15,105 bases of DNA from a virus (taxonomy: Duplodnaviria; Heunggongvirae; Uroviricota; Caudoviricetes). Numbering within the stretch: the first letter of the stretch is position 1; each line of letters begins with the position of its first letter. Below the pieces are notes generated by a model. It was not told the origin of the DNA. It searched no databases and saw only the letters and a program-made list of their open reading frames with translations. The DNA lies in IMG/VR virus record IMGVR_UViG_3300025466_001444, one strand, 5' to 3'. Position numbers and translations under genes: made by a program. Shown here piece by piece: positions 14,188-15,105 of the stretch.

Positions 14188-14216
14188 ATATTAAACTACT
14201 TTCTTAAAGGTGTCAA
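14188..14216 (-). promoter_or_regulatory. Sigma70-like promoter driving the RNA array
   Basis: TTGACA (14216-14211), 17-nt spacer, TAATAT (14193-14188). The predicted start (about 14180) abuts the first base of E6. Confidence 0.7.
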
Positions 14217-14400
14217 TATCAAAAATGCCTTCTACGAAATTTTCTGCACAATCTTCTGCATAATGCAAACTGTGCTTAGTAACATCACGAACTTCTTCTA
14301 ATACATTATCAATGAATAATCTAACATGATAACCATCATCACATTTAATAATTTCTGCTCTACGGTTACGCTCATAATTGTAAAAACTAGAAAGAATCAT
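14191..14400 (-). CDS. Small hypothetical phage protein (69 aa)
   Basis: ATG 14398-14400 with GGAG 6 nt upstream (preferred to 14412); MILSSFYN...HSLHYAEDCAENFV. Confidence 0.7.
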   Translation of the reverse strand: MILSSFYNYERNRRAEIIKCDDGYHVRLFIDNVLEEVRDVTKHSLHYAEDCAENFVEGIFDIDTFKKVV

Positions 14401-14419
14401 ATCATTCTCCATATTAAAG

Positions 14420-14503
14420 TGGCGGAGGATAAAGGAATCGAACCATCAACCTTGCGGTGGCAGAGTTTTCAAGACTCTTTGAGCACCTTGCTCGCTATCC
14501 TCC
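14420..14503 (-). tRNA. trnS: tRNA-Ser(UGA)
   Basis: GGAGGAT/ATCCTCC acceptor stem, G73, AGAGT-CTTGAAA-ACTCT anticodon arm, long variable arm ACC-GCAA-GGT, TTCGATT T-loop, CCA. Confidence 0.92.
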
Positions 14504-15105
14504 AATTATCAACTCAGTAATCATTTCGGCTGTTGCAGGACTTAGTGTCCACCCCAAATGACCATGACCTGTATTATACCATATATTTTTCACTTTAGAC
14601 CTTCTAACCACTGGAAGCATAGTCGGTGTCATAGGACGCAAACCAGCCCAAGGATTAGTGTGTTCTGTAGATATATATGGGAAATTCTTACGCACCCATT
14701 TTACCAGTGGATCAATTCTGTCCTTACGAATATCATAGTTAATACCAGCAAGCTCTGCCGTACCAGCTACTCTAAATCTTGAACCTAATCGTGATGTTAC
14801 AATCTTTGCTTCATCATCAAGAAGACTTACCATAGGTGCATCTTCCCATCCATTACCAACTTCTAGTGTAATACTATACCCCTTTACTGGATAAATGTCA
14901 AGTGGGTCTCCAATATTTTTTGAAAATTCTGCACTTTTTACACCAGCACAAAGAACAACATGATCATATACATCTGCATCTGTAGGTTTTGCAGATTTTC
15001 CGTACATAAACTTAACATTATATTTTGATTTAAGAACTTTCTCCATACCAACACAAAACTTGTGGATATCTCCTGTCATATCAGACGGCGTATACGTACC
15101 ACCAA
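14495..15105 (-). CDS. dadA: FAD-dependent D-amino acid dehydrogenase (DadA/DAO family), C-terminal part; continues past the window's right edge
   Basis: TGDIHKF, VVLCAG, YPVKGYSIT, RVAGTAE, WAGLRPMTP and NTGHGHLGWTLS motifs. The frame is open to the window edge. Confidence 0.8.
   Translation of the reverse strand, partial: GGTYTPSDMTGDIHKFCVGMEKVLKSKYNVKFMYGKSAKPTDADVYDHVVLCAGVKSAEFSKNIGDPLDIYPVKGYSITLEVGNGWEDAPMVSLLDDEAKIVTSRLGSRFRVAGTAELAGINYDIRKDRIDPLVKWVRKNFPYISTEHTNPWAGLRPMTPTMLPVVRRSKVKNIWYNTGHGHLGWTLSPATAEMITELIIGG

Noticed and set aside
1-15105. Giant eukaryotic virus or bacterial chromosome origin
   Set aside because: SD sites and sigma70 promoters argue against an NCLDV. T4-type late promoters, a free-standing HNH gene and tRNAs interspersed with small ORFs argue for phage over a cell.
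1-15105. Alternative genetic code (stop-codon reassignment)
   Set aside because: Genes translate full length in the standard bacterial code, TAG and TGA act as stops, and no suppressor tRNA is seen in this window.

Overview
AT-rich segment of a large T4-like (myovirus-type) bacteriophage genome. Support for this: Shine-Dalgarno sites, sigma70-type TTGACA-17-TAnnnT promoters, T4-type late promoters (TATAAATA) and CCA-encoding tRNA genes; the exact taxon cannot be determined from the sequence. Positions 1-6.2 kb hold a minus-strand glycan biosynthesis/methylation cluster: an NDP-sugar C-methyltransferase, two other SAM methyltransferases, an RmlB-like 4,6-dehydratase and several glycosyltransferase-like genes. 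Positions 6.2-15.1 kb are a tRNA region with 8 tRNA genes (Val-UAC, Glu-UUC, Tyr-GUA, Thr-AGU, Leu-UAG, Cys-GCA, atypical Ala-UGC, Ser-UGA). Interspersed genes encode a GATase-like protein, a GT17 glycosyltransferase, a 2OG-Fe(II) oxygenase fusion, an Ntn hydrolase, an acidic repeat protein, an HNH endonuclease, a TROVE/Ro60-like vWA protein and a partial DadA-like oxidoreductase. The most striking feature is unannotated. Directly upstream of the TROVE-vWA gene (13543-14179) lies a promoter-driven tandem array of six small structured RNA units. They share a 7-10 bp closing stem plus a CAGCA motif at a fixed position but carry different internal cargos, several of them tRNA parts. A seventh copy of the same motif encloses the ribosome-binding site and start codon of the TROVE gene itself, suggesting autoregulation. 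A further 99-nt structured RNA candidate follows the TROVE gene. All structures were folded by eye, and protein family calls rest on motif recognition, not database searches.
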